From Balanoglossus misakiensis (taxonomy: Eukaryota; Animalia; Hemichordata): 64,000 nucleotides of DNA. The stretch spans positions 3,610,213-3,674,212 of the forward strand of contig CM082589.2 of the NCBI GenBank assembly GCA_040954595.2, written 5' to 3'. Shown here in pieces: positions 27,801-42,800 of the stretch. The translations under genes were made by a program, and so were the position numbers. Below the pieces are notes generated by a model that saw only the letters and a program-made list of their open reading frames with translations, did no database searches and was not told where the DNA came from. Each line of letters starts with the position of its first letter. Positions within the stretch are counted from its first letter, which is position 1.

Positions 27801-30800
27801 GATAAACGATCATAAAATATGGAGTTGAACCTACAAATTCCTTATTGGGCAGATGTAGTGTATGACATCACCACAGCCCTACAAAGTTGACCCCAAACTC
27901 ATACACTAGTGAGACTCAACCTGACCAGGGACCCACTTCATCCAGCCATGACTATTAACATCAACTCTTCGAAACCTAGCAAACCATGCTGGAACTTCCT
28001 TCTCAATTTGACGCTAGTCTCATTTCTGTTTACAAAACATTTTGAGTTCGAGGTGTGGAATGGATATATATTGACTCTGTCATGATACTATTATTTATAG
28101 CGGCTAAAGTATGGAATATCCAGCTGCAAACAATCCGGAAAAAGCAGTTTGCTTGGTAAGTCCCAGTTCCTATCTGTAACGGCGATGATAAAGCGCATGA
28201 TTCATCGAGAGTCGGAGTATTTAATTTATCTGAGATATTTTTGGACTGCACGCTTTTTGTACGACACTTGATACAAGCTCTGCCCTTTAGATGAGATGCT
28301 TGACCGGAATGGTTCTGTACTTAGCTATTCTGTGTGTTATTTCTGACGGTGTTATTCAAATTAATCTGACGGTAAACATTCACATACTTCTACTGCTCCG
28401 TCACTGATCTGTTGATGACATCACACTAGCCCAGCACCCACTTCTCCGTCAAGGAAAAACAAGTACTATAAAACTATCGATGGCACGCAAAATTAATTTG
28501 TGAATATTTCGGTGAGCGGTTGAAATCTTCTGGCATGAAATGCTATCCTTGCGGTGGTCAGACATACCTCACTCTTGAATAACATAATCAATTTAATTTT
28601 AACCCAGTTCAATCAACACAATTAGCTTAATTGACACCATAATGTGATTATTCGCAATTTACAGTCTTAATAACAAACTTGTCAAGTTTTGTGTGTGTTT
28701 TTTTGTCTTTTTTGATCAGCGATTCACATCAGTATGTTCCTTGGGATATGACCCTTGACCTCTCAAGAATTTGGCTCACTATGAGTGAGGGCATGAATGA
28801 TTACCGATTATAGAAGCTATCAATACACTGTAAATTTCCAGCCAAGTTCCCACACGAACTTTTTCTCGTGACATCACGTACGCTAAAGATGCAGAGCATG
28901 CAAATCCAAAGAACCAATCAAGATGGTTCTTTCAAAATTTCCTGTCCGTCTCTTTGGAACTACAGACCCCTAACCACCGCAAGAGAGCTATAAATACTCC
29001 ATCTCCCTTGGTTACGCTTTTGGGAACACTTCACACGCATACATACACACAATCAACTTGATAAACTCACCATCCAGTTCAACTCGGACGTGGTCATCGG
29101 CCGGTAACTGTCCACCATCTTGAGACTCTCACTTCTGCCACAAAGTTCTCAAATCAAGAAAAGTGCACCATCTTGCCAGGGATAGTGTTTTTACCCTCCA
29201 GCACATAGCAAGACCACCACTGAACTTTCTTCCCATCGAAGTCCACACGTGTGGGTAGTGTAACGCAAAGTACGCGTTCCCCCCTTCTCCCGTCCTCATG
29301 GAGGCCCACAGAAGGAATTTCATCCCAAATAAACACCACCACGTCAAGGACTATCCCGGAAATTACATAACCATGACCTCAACTCCACAACAACTACAAC
29401 AGCCGCAAGATTTCTCGGTCTTGAAAATATTTTTGCAAAGAAAATAACGTCGCAAACTTTTCGATGCAGGAAACTTTATGACTTGTACTGATAACATTCC
29501 ACAAGTTTGACTGATACGGAGGTCACCTTTCCCGCAATAACTGATTTCCAGAGGGGACAGATGGAAAAGAAGAGTGAGTTTGCCGCGAGGAGAAAATACG
29601 CTTATAACACTCTGCTGTATGAAGTACTTACAGATGACAGCTTTTTTCAGCGTACAGTTTACACTTCTGTACTAACCACACTAAATCTCAGTTGACTTGC
29701 CTGGGCTAGCTACATGCGTATGATCAATAGGGATACATTTCAGATAGTTGTTAAAATTAGAATAAATGTATGTCTACATCTAATCTGGGTATTTCGTTAA
29801 TAGTTCGGTTGCCTCAAAGAGTTAAATTTGAACCAAAACATACATGCTTTGTAGGCTGTTTAAATTCAATGTCACTTCAGTCTGTAATGTTTGCATTCAG
29901 CGCAGCTAGTACATGTGTCTCACACAATTCGACCACTGCACCACAACCTTTTAAAACACAGCATCTGCACAAACATCACAGTTCAATACACGTGTCTCAC
30001 ACACACAAAAGTTCCATAATCCCATGAGGACAGCAGACTTTTCCACACTTCAGAATGAATGGCTAACTCTTTAAAACCTGTTTTAGAACCTATCAAATGA
30101 CCATTTCAAAATGTTACTCTGAATAAACAGGCAATTTAACAGAACATAAATGGCACTCAGCCCACACACGATGCTAGCGTTACGAAGGCTTTCCCATTGA
30201 TATTTGCTGCCTCGTTTCAAAGAACGATTAAACTAATAGTTTGTCTTTGTTGTGGGAAATTTAAAATTCTTTCAGTGGAGTGTTCAATCAAACTATACAT
30301 TTCGTTCACCTATTAAATTTAGTAACCAGCAAAAAGGTTACAATAATGTTGCCAAGCAACCAAACTAACCTGGAAGTGAAGAATGATTGTCCAGATAAGT
30401 CCGAGGGTGAGCTTGGGGTTGCCATCGACTATGTCATCATTACGAATGTTGACAAGCTTGATCTGAAACAGAAAGTAACAAATTTTTAATAATGAAACAT
30501 ACTTTCTACTACAGAACACTGTGTGGTTCAATATCAAAATATACCATACACTCCCTCAGGGTAATGATATATTTTCAAGTTAGCTTCTCCCGAAACATGT
30601 CAAAAGCATAGGCCACTTACCTTCTTGTATCGTAAAAAGTCCAGGGCATTTTGAACATTTTGTAGTCGATGAAACCGAAGTCTCCCTCTTTCTCTTGGCT
30701 GCAGAAAAGACAACAATATCATAAATGAACCACTTCTTTCCAAACTGTTTGACAAGTCACCCGTTTTAAACAGCGCCATCACAGACAAGACGACATTCTT

Positions 30801-33800
30801 TTGTTTTTAGCTGAAGACATTTCTACAATTCTTGCTCACAGTTACAAAGAAGTCACAGAGCGATCCCTGGCAGAAAACAGACATGAACTTACAATAATCT
30901 CTTGTGAAAGAACTTCAAGCAGTGAAATCAGGTTGTGTCCATCTCGTAGGTCTTCGTACAAATCGCTGATCTTCTTGCGAGCCTGAAATAAAATAAAACG
31001 ATTTTTGAGGTGATAAAAGCACTTTCACAGCAGATACTGCCTCAACCTGAAACCTCTGAACTATGTTGCACATTCCACCGAAAAAAGATTATTTTACAAA
31101 CCGATGATTCTTACACCATGGCAAACACCATTATTTTTTTTTGCATACGCTACTTTTTTTGCTATGATGCAACAGACGTTCTCACGATGCAGGAGATGGA
31201 TGCAATAAAGGTGGGTGGGAGAACCATCCAGGCATATCGCGCATCATGATTAGGGGGACAAGAATGACGCACACAAAAATGCAATGTGCTATGTGCTATA
31301 TTGTGCTGTGTTGCGATGAACTGTTTTTGGTCATGATTATTATGTCGTGGTGAGTTGTGATGTGTTGTGTTGTGTTGTGTGGAACTGTCAACAATCTAAG
31401 TAATTTGAAGTGGTATCCCGTGGTGTGCTGTGTTGTGCTGGTAACAGTGAACGGTTTGATACAATGAATAAGTTTAATCTGGTCTGAACCGGTTAAACCA
31501 GTCTGGCTTGATGTGCTGTAGTTTGGTTGGTGCTGTGCATGAAACACAAAGTTACAAGGCAAGTTGTTCTCCCTCATCTGACAAGCTGACCACCTTCTGA
31601 GAGAGCAACCGGGCTTGATTTGCAAAAACAGGGAATTTATAGGTTGAGCCAGATACATGTACATGAAGTTTTTATCTCTTTTGGAAACTTTTGCTCAGAT
31701 GTCTGCAGTCATGCCATTTTGCTCAAAGCGAAGGTTACTGTTCAGATGGAGGGAGACATCAACTTGCCAGACCCATAAGCCCTGAAACAAAACTACACTA
31801 AGAACCGCACACACATGAACAAGATGCCACGCCTGCAAAACATTAGTTTATTATAACAGAAAAAAAAACAAAGGAAAAAATTAATAGCATTAGCAGTTAG
31901 CAACAAGACACAAACACAGAAGACTTTTCTACAGACAAGCATGTAACACATGTAATTGACTGCTAGCATTTCTGACAGGTCAGTATTTCTGCATATTGAC
32001 CTGAAGGTAGCAAGCTGCATTGCATGTACATGTACAGTGTGCACACTATGAAAAGATTTTGGTGACTTGTACATGCTACAGTGTGCAACTGAGAAATCAG
32101 CTGGTAGGAATTTATTCATACCTCATCATGCTTCCAGTGCTGCGGCAAAAGTAAAGAGAGAGGTGACAGAAAACAGGATTAGTATTCGTAAGAATTTTTT
32201 TCAACAAATTGAAGAATATAGTCACATTTGTGAGCGCCTGCCACACAGGGTTTATATATTTGAAAACAAAACAAAATAAAAGTCAAAGGCAAGACGGAAA
32301 GAAAAGGTTATATTATACATGTATGCAAAAACATTTTTATAAGAACAGATGACAGTACAAATTGTGATACATAGAACATGTTTATATTAAGATTGACATG
32401 GATCTGATATTCAAAATCTTGAGTTTGACTTGGAGAGAATGTGTAATATGTGGACAGCCCAGATTTGTCACCTTGTATGTTGCTAAGATTGTGTATGATG
32501 GATGTGTTGCCTACACCAGAAGACAGACTGTACAGTGTCAAGAGTCTTGCAGAATAAAATCATACAATGAAGCCCAAGTCTCCATAAAAGTTTCAATATT
32601 GATGATAGCCCTTATCACAAGTGAAAATGAAAGTTAGTTCACTAGACACAGCGTTCAATCACTGTTTTCAACTATTCAACCCTGCTGCATCAGATAACAC
32701 CATTGTCCTGAATGGATGACGTAAAGTCAAAGTGTACAGTCTGGATGGAGAACTGGACCAATCATACAGCTACATGTATGAGACAAACAAATATGGGTGA
32801 CTGGTTGCCGACCTCTTAAAATAGCAAAAAATGCAACACCTCGGGGGAAATAGGGCTGGCAGCATTAAATCAAACACAAGGTTGATTGTAAAAGTTATTT
32901 TGAAAAAAAACATGGGGGATCCCTGGATGCCTAGTGAGCACTGCTGCACAAACACAAAAGAAACCACAACAATTTCATTAACATTCATGTCAAAGGTCGT
33001 CACAAAGTTAGACCCCAGACCCATATATCTCACACAAGACCCTCCCATTTATACGCTTTACACAGTGGCAATAACCTGGATTTCACCTCCAGGTGACCAA
33101 AAAGAACGGGTCAACACAAAACCATCTTAGATTATCAATCACGACATGAGCCAATCTGAGACATTTTGAAAAATGAATAAAAAGAAGTTATTTTCTTATT
33201 AATGAACAGGAAGATCCTTTATTTTTTTATTACCCTGAGCAGCTGCATGTCCATCAATAAATACTACTATATTGTTGGTTCTAAAATCACTTGCTCAGAA
33301 ACTTAAAGAACCGACAACTTGCTTTATATCACAATGAATCATGGGAGTTCCTTCAATGAATTGTGGGACTTTTCCATTTCCCTACCTGCAGACGATCTGT
33401 CCAGTTCAATGAATAGGTACACTTGAAGTTTTTATTCTAGTTCAGGAAATGTCTGTCTGTCTCTCACTATTTTAAGTTGGGACATAGAGGGAACTGAGGT
33501 TGGAATGATTAAAGTTTACCCCTTTTCTTTTTCACCTAGATGTAATTATTGAACTTAGAGGGGTATTGCCTTCTTTGGGTACATGACCTTTAGCTCGAAT
33601 TCTTACCTTCTCTTACATATATATACGTACACTTGACCTTTAACCTCATGTACAGCCAATGTATTCCGGATAATGTAAACTCTGTACGAGTCAGTTGACA
33701 TTAGGCAACGTGACGTTGTCATTCTGATATGTGATATGACTTCCATTCATAATCATGGTCAACATTTACACATGATTTGTGTGTCTGGGCTTGAGTAAAC

Positions 33801-36800
33801 AGCTTAAGATTGATTCTAATTTCCGATGAGTCACTAAAAGATCTGAACCCAATTGTGATATCAATCACACCCATTGTGCAAAAAATGGGAGAGAGAGAAA
33901 ATAACACTTTTGTCTTACCCTCCATCTGTTCCATAGAGATGGCATCACATAGTACAAGTTCTTCGCTGGGTGCCATATGTTACCTAAAATACCCGCCATT
34001 TCGGTTTTCCAGCACAAATATGCAAAAAGACTGATATCTTGACATATTTCACTGAATAAGCAGTATTAAATTTGGTGCAAAAATTCCCCGCAATGTTCGG
34101 CAGACAACAAAAATTTCCTAGACCGTTCACATCTCCTGGATGAAGAGGGGTAAAATCCTATCAGTGTGACCAGAATCCAAACTGAGTCCACCCTTTCTTA
34201 AAACGAGCCAACAGCTGTTCCAGTTTAAATAGAAACTAACCGCTTAAAAGTACCAGTCAATGACAGCTCTTCCACTGCTGTTTCCCTGCCGTGACTGTAA
34301 ACTGATATCATACATCATATTTTACACATGCCCTCTGCCCTTAAGCATTCATTATTGACACGGTTCCAGCAGTGCAAATCGGTTGTTGTAGTGATAACCT
34401 ATTTTACTTTGACCTTGGTTGGACTTACGTACTGTAATCTTGTCCTGACAAAACAGAGATAAAACGATGAAAAGTGCAAGAGAGGTGAACAGAGGGCAGG
34501 GTAAACTGCGACACCGTTTCTGTAATGATATATGCACCCATAAATAACTTTCATCAATATGTGCATGTATTATTGAGGACAAGCTGGTCTTAGTTTCAAC
34601 ATGCAAGGATTAGGAATGAGCCGAATTCACTGTGTCTACACCACCACATTATCCAATGAACTGGCTCAAAGACACGTGTAAAGCAGCCCTTCGAAGAGTT
34701 CAAAGTTATCCCGGTCAAACAAGTCCACAAAGTGATAGTCGCGAGAATTGAAGGACAGGGTCACACACAGCTGTCTGGACATCTGGTCAGCAGTCGACTT
34801 AGTGTAGCCTCCCTAAACAGCGCCGCCACATGACCAATTCTGGGCAGCCACCAAGTTCATGACGCAAGTTGGTCCTCAACACAATACAGCACGGACCACA
34901 GAGGTAGATGTTCTGCACAAAACATACATCCGGCTACAAACAACACTGGAGACAAGTTCTCAGGTCATGACCCTGAGACAATACCCCATCTCGAAAGACT
35001 GACCTTTCAGTCCCCCAAGACTCCAGAGTACCTCTTTGTGTCTAATCCCCCCGGTGTCAAAAGCCACAATTTTATCTCATCAGAACTCTCAAGTACTCCC
35101 GGCTAGGAAAATTACTTTTGTGACAAGAGTCGTATCAGATCACTCAGTCTGGGTAACATGGCTACTTACAAACTATATATATGTAAAGACAGGTTGAATA
35201 ACCTTTTCCAGCAATGTAAACCATTCTATTATCGCTGCTGAGGATAAAGTTTCACAAGACGGAGGAAATGCAACCACTTGGAGGAGCATGGCGATGTGAC
35301 GTGACAAGAATGCTCAAGAAGCCTAACCATTAAATGCTCTTCACACGCAAGGTGTCTGTGTGTCTTTGTTGGTTCGGTCGGACTAATTAAAAAACTGATG
35401 CAGACCAGAGTAGCATTATTGCACTGCACAAAAACTTTTCTTTGAGCAGTCATACATTACACTGCACGTCTACTCATGGTGATCTCTTATGAATGCAAAC
35501 CGATATGAGCCTGAAGTCATACATGTACGGTGTCACGGAAGTCACGAGACTTGGCAAGTTTTAGAAAGTTTTTTTCTTTCAAATATCTTACAAAAGAACT
35601 CCCCAGTGGTAGCTTGCACTACAGCTGAATAGCAATTAGATTGGCACAAGAGAGTTTGGGCCAAAAAACATCAGACATTGGTCTTTGCCCAGTCTCTTCC
35701 CTCAACCACTGAAAAAAATTTGTACAAAAACATTTTTGTCCATAGTTGTTAAAATTCACAACATCTCCTCAGCTCTCAACAGCGCTTCAACTGGAATTTG
35801 TCTTGAGTCCCAAAAAATCAGTCAGCATGTCTGCTAGATAACTTTCACTTTAACTCGCTGCTTGTTATCTAGTCATGTGAGACCTATCACACACGCTTTG
35901 AATTTCTTCAACAGTTTATGGTTAGCTTGTGCGTGACTTGCATAGTTTCTCTTCAGCCGTCATCCCTGATCCGAAGAACAAATCACACGCATTAAACACA
36001 AATGCGAAAGTAAATTCTCTTTAATTCTGCCAAATTTCACAAACTCTAACCAAGGAGTAACAAATGGCTGCCGTCTCCTTTCGAACAAAAACCCAAGTTA
36101 CATCACAAGCAGAATTCGTGACCCTGTCACAGACTTGCCTCGCCCAGCGGCAGACAGACGCAAATTACAATAACTCATCCAGACTCTTGGCAAAATTTCA
36201 ACTCTTTATTGTGTCTGCTTCAATTACGCATCCCAGAGTAGCTGTGTCAGCTACTGCTGGTATGAGGCAATATATCTCACAGGACCCTCATCAACCAGCT
36301 TGTAAACATGCCAACATCGAACTAAATATATCCCTCTCTCAGGTAAAAAAGGAAACAGTGCAATGTGACTGACAGGTGCAGTACCATACTACCATACTGT
36401 CAAATTTCTCAAAGTGTACATTTCTGATTTTAACATATTATTTTCCATCAGGTTTTTTTAATTACAGCTGCTAATTCAAACATTGTGGCACACATGTGTT
36501 GGAAATTAATGAAAAAGTTGGGTCTTTTACAGGAAAGGCCTTTTGGCAAACACTCCCAGATAATCAGGCCACAGTGACATACATGTAACGTAATAATTTC
36601 AGGTTGCTATGATTCCACTTAACAGTGCCAATATGTCACTATCAGTATCAGTGAATCGTCAGGTGCACCCACTGCTAAAAGTTCTCCCGACCTTTGACAT
36701 ACACTTGGCTTCCTGATAACCCTGAGACACAAAAAGGCTGCCCTCTACAGGTCAATGTACGCTCATGCTTCAGATCCAAAAGCCAATTACAAGCACCCCC

Positions 36801-39800
36801 TCCCAATTCATTACAGACTCAACCCTGATTATTCAACATCATCAAATTTACGACTGGTACTCTTATTATTAGTGAAGTACTTGTATACATCTGTGGGCCC
36901 AAAGGGAACGCAACAAAAGCCAATGACAATGAATGAAAAACACCTCAAGAAACAGGACGAGCAGTTTCCTTTATATTCATGAAAGAACAGAGCCTGCGTC
37001 TTATGACCAGACAAGGATGAAGAAAATCTTCAGAAAACAGAAACAATGTCTGCCAAAAGAGACAACATAAAAGGTCTGGCGACGCGGAGATTTCCCATTG
37101 TGTCTGTTACGTCAATCGCCTGATTGTTACCACAACTTTTGTCATTCGGTTCCTTTGTGCAGCTCTTCAAATTCTAAGGCAGGTCAGCAGTGCACGTATT
37201 GAAGAACAATCACCACGCAGCCTACAGTACCCGGGATACACCGACACAAACCACAATCATTCACCGCAGTGACCACTTTGCTTTCACTTTAAGAACGTTT
37301 TTTTTCCATATCACACACACGTTCAGCCATGTTGGCATTTTTTTTATCTTGAAGTGACAAAGAAATATGGCTTTACAAACTGTCACATCATGTAATTGTT
37401 TTTTTTCTATTGCTGATAGAGTCCAACCATGGCTATGCTTCAATTCTCTATTTAAACACAAGCATGTTGGTCTCCATGAACTAAGGCAGGCTTGCCATCA
37501 TGGCACCTTTATAGAAAGATCACCAGGAAACTAGTTTTTCTTTTGCTTTCCCCCATTGTTAGCAGATCCTCGTCTACCTGGGATATTATCGCGCTTCAGT
37601 ATATAGTCATTCATCAAACAACAACAGTGGCAGTCTGGCAATCACTGGCAGGGAGAGGTGAAAGGTCACCTAGTCATCGTCTTTTATCTCTTTGTAGGAA
37701 GATTCTTTGTGATTAGCTCATTTTTTGTATAAATCCAGGACGGGGGGCCTGACCCAAGCTTCAAACAGTCGCATTCTTCTGCACTGAGTCACTTTTTATT
37801 GTTGAAGTAAAATTGCACTCCTGGCGAAAAAATCAGGGATGCGCCATGGAGGACAGCGTCCTGGGTGACCCCCATGGACGGCCATAGCTGCTCCCCTAAC
37901 ATGACTGGTTAATACCTGGTTAATTCAAGTCACAATTCTAAAATATTCTTGGCTGAGCCACAGGGGACAAAGCTTACCTACTTTGGAGGTGCTAAGCAGC
38001 CACTACTTAATTATTATGCCCTCCGAGGATAAACATTTCGCCTCCAAATTTCACAAAGCGCACAAAAACTTCCTTCAGTTCGTACAATGCCTTGCCCTAG
38101 GTAAGGTGAAGTCTCCTTCTAAAGAAGAGTAAAGGCCCTGATTTTTTTCCCCAAACGGACCATTTAACCATCACAATGATACAAAGGGATGCACAAAAGC
38201 CAGGCTTGCCTTATTTAATGCCACTATTCACGGACTTTGTTCAACGTTAAACGAAATCAAGATGGCGGCACTCGTCAAGGGTGTAATTTCACAATCACCA
38301 TGAGCTCAACATTCTCAAGCAGGCTTTCATGAAGGTAGCCACAAGTGGTTTAATTCTTTGCAACCTTGACGCAGGTTTGAAAATGTTCCCTGACCCACAA
38401 CTTGATCCAAATTCTCTTTCCACACCTGCCTTTGAAGATATAAACAGATAATAATACCAAAGGTGTGCCCAGCTTATTCCAAAACCCTTTTTTCTGAAAC
38501 TTGCCTCCAGAGATAGTGAGAAGCATTGAGGAATTGTGGTTATGGCACAGTACAACACAACCCCAAATTGCATAATTAGGCAGTTGATCACAGGACATCA
38601 TGCAGACTCACGGATAACTAGGGCAGTGTCAGAATTTTTCTGAAGTGAGGGAGAGCGAGAAACCTTCCTAGAATGAAAATTGAAAACTAATGACAGGTGC
38701 ACATGTTAGGTAATTGGTGACAGAATTTGTGCACAAGCATCCTGATGAAACATAGCATGACCACCGCGCGTACTGTACTGTACCCTTTCCGTATTCACCT
38801 TTGAACAACATGCCTACTATAATGAGTTGAGTGTTCTTTTAAGTGGCTACCTGACATTAGTAGCCATAGGGGTCATTTCTCCCCCAGTGGCTGTAGAGTC
38901 ACTGGACAGTTGTGAGATAAAAATGGGTGTGTAGGTGTACACTGCCAGCGCCCCCGCTCTCTAAACACAGGATGCAACTGAATGAATTAAATTTTCGATG
39001 ATGCGGGTACTTTATACTCTGATTCAAAGAAATCTCCACGGTTACTAAGACTCAATCTATCAAAACAAGTTAAAAGATCTGTCAAGCACGAAAAAAATGG
39101 AAGGTGTTTACTGATTCAGCATAATTGTTCATGTTTTAAATTGTGCATTTGAGTCAGAACTACTTTCAATTTACAGCCACGTCATCGAATTCAGTGATCG
39201 GTCCTCGGAATTGAAATTCAGCTGTTGATGGGGCTGGGATTCACATGCAGGTGTTAGCACTGAGAATCACTAACACCCAGTAGACGTGTGATCACTCAAT
39301 TACTGTGTAAATGTGCCAGCTGACCTCATTCAAGCAGGCAGCATTGAGGCCTGCGCCCTCTGAGAGGAAATTTAACCAAGTACTAGTTCAAATCCCACAG
39401 AATTTCACTGTGACATGCACAGATGTTGTTTTATTGAATATCAACACAGGTAAGGAAATCCCTTATCTGAAGGACCCAGGGACACATTGTATTTCATATT
39501 TTCCGCCAACCTGAGGTCAGCAAGGTTATGTGGTACATGATGTATCTGCATGAGATGTTAAAACAGCAAAGAATGGGGTACATATCTGTATCACAGGTAA
39601 CCATGGAAACATAATTACGTGCCAACAAAACAAGGTTCGGTGTGTCTGAAACATTCTTTGTTCATATACTTCTTAAGTCCTAGCTGCCAAGAGGTTATAC
39701 CAGGATTCCTTTTTATATCTGACCTCAGCGAACATGAATGAGTCACCTCTTAGTGTAATAGAGCCCACAAAGGCACAAAACTCAAACCATTTAACTGACA

Positions 39801-42800
39801 ATACCCACACAAATGGGAACCAATTAAAACGGTTTCTGGAGTGGGGGGGGGGGGGGGGCTGGTGGTTCTTAAGGTTTCGTGAGAATGCGACCACCGAGCT
39901 GACTGACATAATTTGAGGTCAAAATCCTGTATGATAGTGACACTGTCTGTACGTGTACACAGAGGCTGAGGTCACTGTACTTTGCACAGGTCACAACTAC
40001 GTCACACACCTAGGATGCAAGGGATTGTTGTATCATTATTCGTGAATGACGTGCATGAAGGCGAAATTATGCTCATGGCAAATTAAGAGAAATGAACCGG
40101 ATGACCTCAGTCACTCTTTCTTGTTTTCGCCAAAATGGCCTAATCTTGCATAAACACCTCAGAACAAAACCTGTATTGCTATAAACCTCATGTAAATCCA
40201 GCCGGTCAAATCGCTCAGAATGGAAATCATAAAATGCTGACACACCCACACGCTACCTTGACCTTACTCAGGTCACTATGACAAAACTGCAGACTCAGGC
40301 ACATTTGTTGGGAAGTTGCCATGCATCAGGACACAGTCTATATGATCCAAAGACACTGGTATTCTATATTTGTCTGAAACGACCTTGATTTTGCAAAAAA
40401 AAGAATCTTTCATGAATGCATTTACTCTTCAAATAGGAGAGTCACAGTGTTCAGTTTGAATGAATGCTCTTTCAACTCAGGCACAAACAGGGCAGGGTCT
40501 CGCTATCTTGTAAAATCTTCAACCACTGGCTCGCTTTTTATTTAGGCATTCACTTTTCTCAATGAAGACGTACTAAAGGAAGGAACGCGGCCAAAGCATT
40601 TCAGTTCACAACAATATCTGTTTATCACAAAACCCTGACAGGTGGGATTGTCTGAAGGTGAAGTGCTGAAGGTCACTAAAATGAAAGCGGCGTGGTCAAT
40701 TACACGGATGTTCATTACTTAGCCAAAGTTAATCCACAAAGCCGGGCATTTAGTACCGATTCCGACTTCATTCACATGCCCAAACACGTCCTTTGAAATT
40801 ATAATCTCTGTCCACACCTTCTGGGTTCTTGCATGTAACTTCTCACAGATGACAAATGATGCCCGCATGATGGGTGAGGCCACATCCGCGAAAAACCATC
40901 AAAGGTTTCTCAGTAGCCTCTGGCATGATAAATATATAAGTAAACAAATCTTGAATAGAAGAGGTTTCGAGGTTTCGAGCATTGCATAAGCAGCATTGTT
41001 TTCCTGACTTCATGTTTCATGAGAAACTCTCCAACTTGAAGAATGCATCGTCGGCAGATAATGAGAATCGGTGATTCATGGCAAATAAACGAGCCACTAC
41101 TGCCATCAATCTTACTGTTGCAAGACCTGCTTCTGTGTATTCTCCCATCAATTAGTATTGATGTGTCTGGGAATACATGTCCTTCATACTAATGTAGAGC
41201 TATGTGTTAATACTAGGACTTCCAGGCAGTTGAAATGACATCTACTGGGGCGATGCAAGTACATGTAGTACCAAGCAAGACACAGACAGACAGAGACAGA
41301 CAGAGGGACAGAGAGAGAGACAGAATCTCTCAATACATGCACAACCTTTTCTGTGTGTCATCAGCCCCCACAACAACAGAGGTTTAGTACATAGTTTATG
41401 GAGTAGAACAAGTTGGTTGTTCTATTATTAGTACTCAAAGTTTTCCATGTTTTCCATTCCTATTTCTCTTTTCTTTACATTCCTGAGTTGAGTCTGCGAT
41501 AAAAGAACATACTTTCCCACACTTCAGTGGTTGATATGGCCATTTCTATCTGAGCTATTGACTTGTGTATTTAAGAACTTCAGATCCCAGCAACTTGTCA
41601 TGATTATTTTTTGCTACAAAGTCGAGGGAAGATTGATTTGGTCAACTTGTCTTGTGAAAGACCTCACACCCATGAATCTGCCACCAATAATTTAGCGGGA
41701 CAATTCTTTTCCAATTCCAGCAGGTGCAAGAACTGTCCTGCAAATACATGATGAATGAGTTGACGCCTAAGGGCTGAAAAAAGTGGCCGGGGCTGACCAA
41801 CTGGACACATGACCGGCGGGCGGTCACTGGTAGATTTACGGACATCCATACTGCGGCCATGTGCATGTGCCACGTCCATCACTGGGGTCAATGACCCCTG
41901 TTGTTGGCACCTGCTCTGGCTCTGCAGTTCATGACTTCCAAAGTTGTGACATTCTATCGACTTCACACTTGGTGGTGTAACTTTGTCCGGACACTTGAAT
42001 GGAACAACAATAAATCACTGAAACATGCTGAGATCTTTGAACCTTGCACGCAGAGTTTAAGCCATTGCGAAAATACCTGGTTTGCCCCCTGGGCACCTGT
42101 GGAATGCATGTGTCTGCACTGAACCATGGCTGGACCACTGTCAGATTGATTTGTAAAATCTGCCACTTCATCGTAACAGAGTGACATCAACTAGTGTTGT
42201 CATACTACCTGGAAAGTTAGCAGTACATGTGTGTGCATGAGAAATTTACTTTCTAAGTGTAAGATGCAATGTATTAAGGAGATTTCACAGATTTCAAATG
42301 ACAAATACATGACGTAAACACAGGACCAACTGATCAGCACGGCTGCACACACAACAACAACATCAGAAATGACCATAAAAGGAGAGGCTTCATTCTTTTG
42401 TTGCGTGCATCCATTCAACAACAACTTGCTGACTCAGGCATCTAAATGGCACAGAGAGCAATAAACTATGAACAAAGTTGTGTCCTATGTCGAAGCTTCA
42501 ATACAAAACGAAAACTCTGAAGAAAAGTTTCAAAAGTTCTCAGACATAGGCCATTGGAAAGTTTACAGAAACAAGCTCGGTTCACCATACAAGAGACCGA
42601 ATATCAGTTTACACTTACACAAAAAAGGGTCATAGGTACACTTGACATTTGTCAACAATGACAAGGTAGTGAAGTATTTACCGAAATCGGATATGGCATT
42701 TAGCAAAATCTTCGAAACAGACATTAGCACTTTATATACAAATTAGAGAAGTTCCTTCAACCTTCTAACCCATAGAATCAACTGTTTGTAAAGGTATCAG

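Noticed and set aside
28568-28585. MLFKSE followed by donor GAG|gtatgt, phase 0
   Set aside because: Short enough to occur by chance in a 7.4-kb intron; no promoter-like context or homology.
30839-30866. Possible 27-nt exon GSLCDFFVT (ccag|...|gtgagc) at the plectin exon 3alpha position
   Set aside because: The upstream intron would be only ~26 nt, too short to splice; read-through from the previous exon hits TAA.
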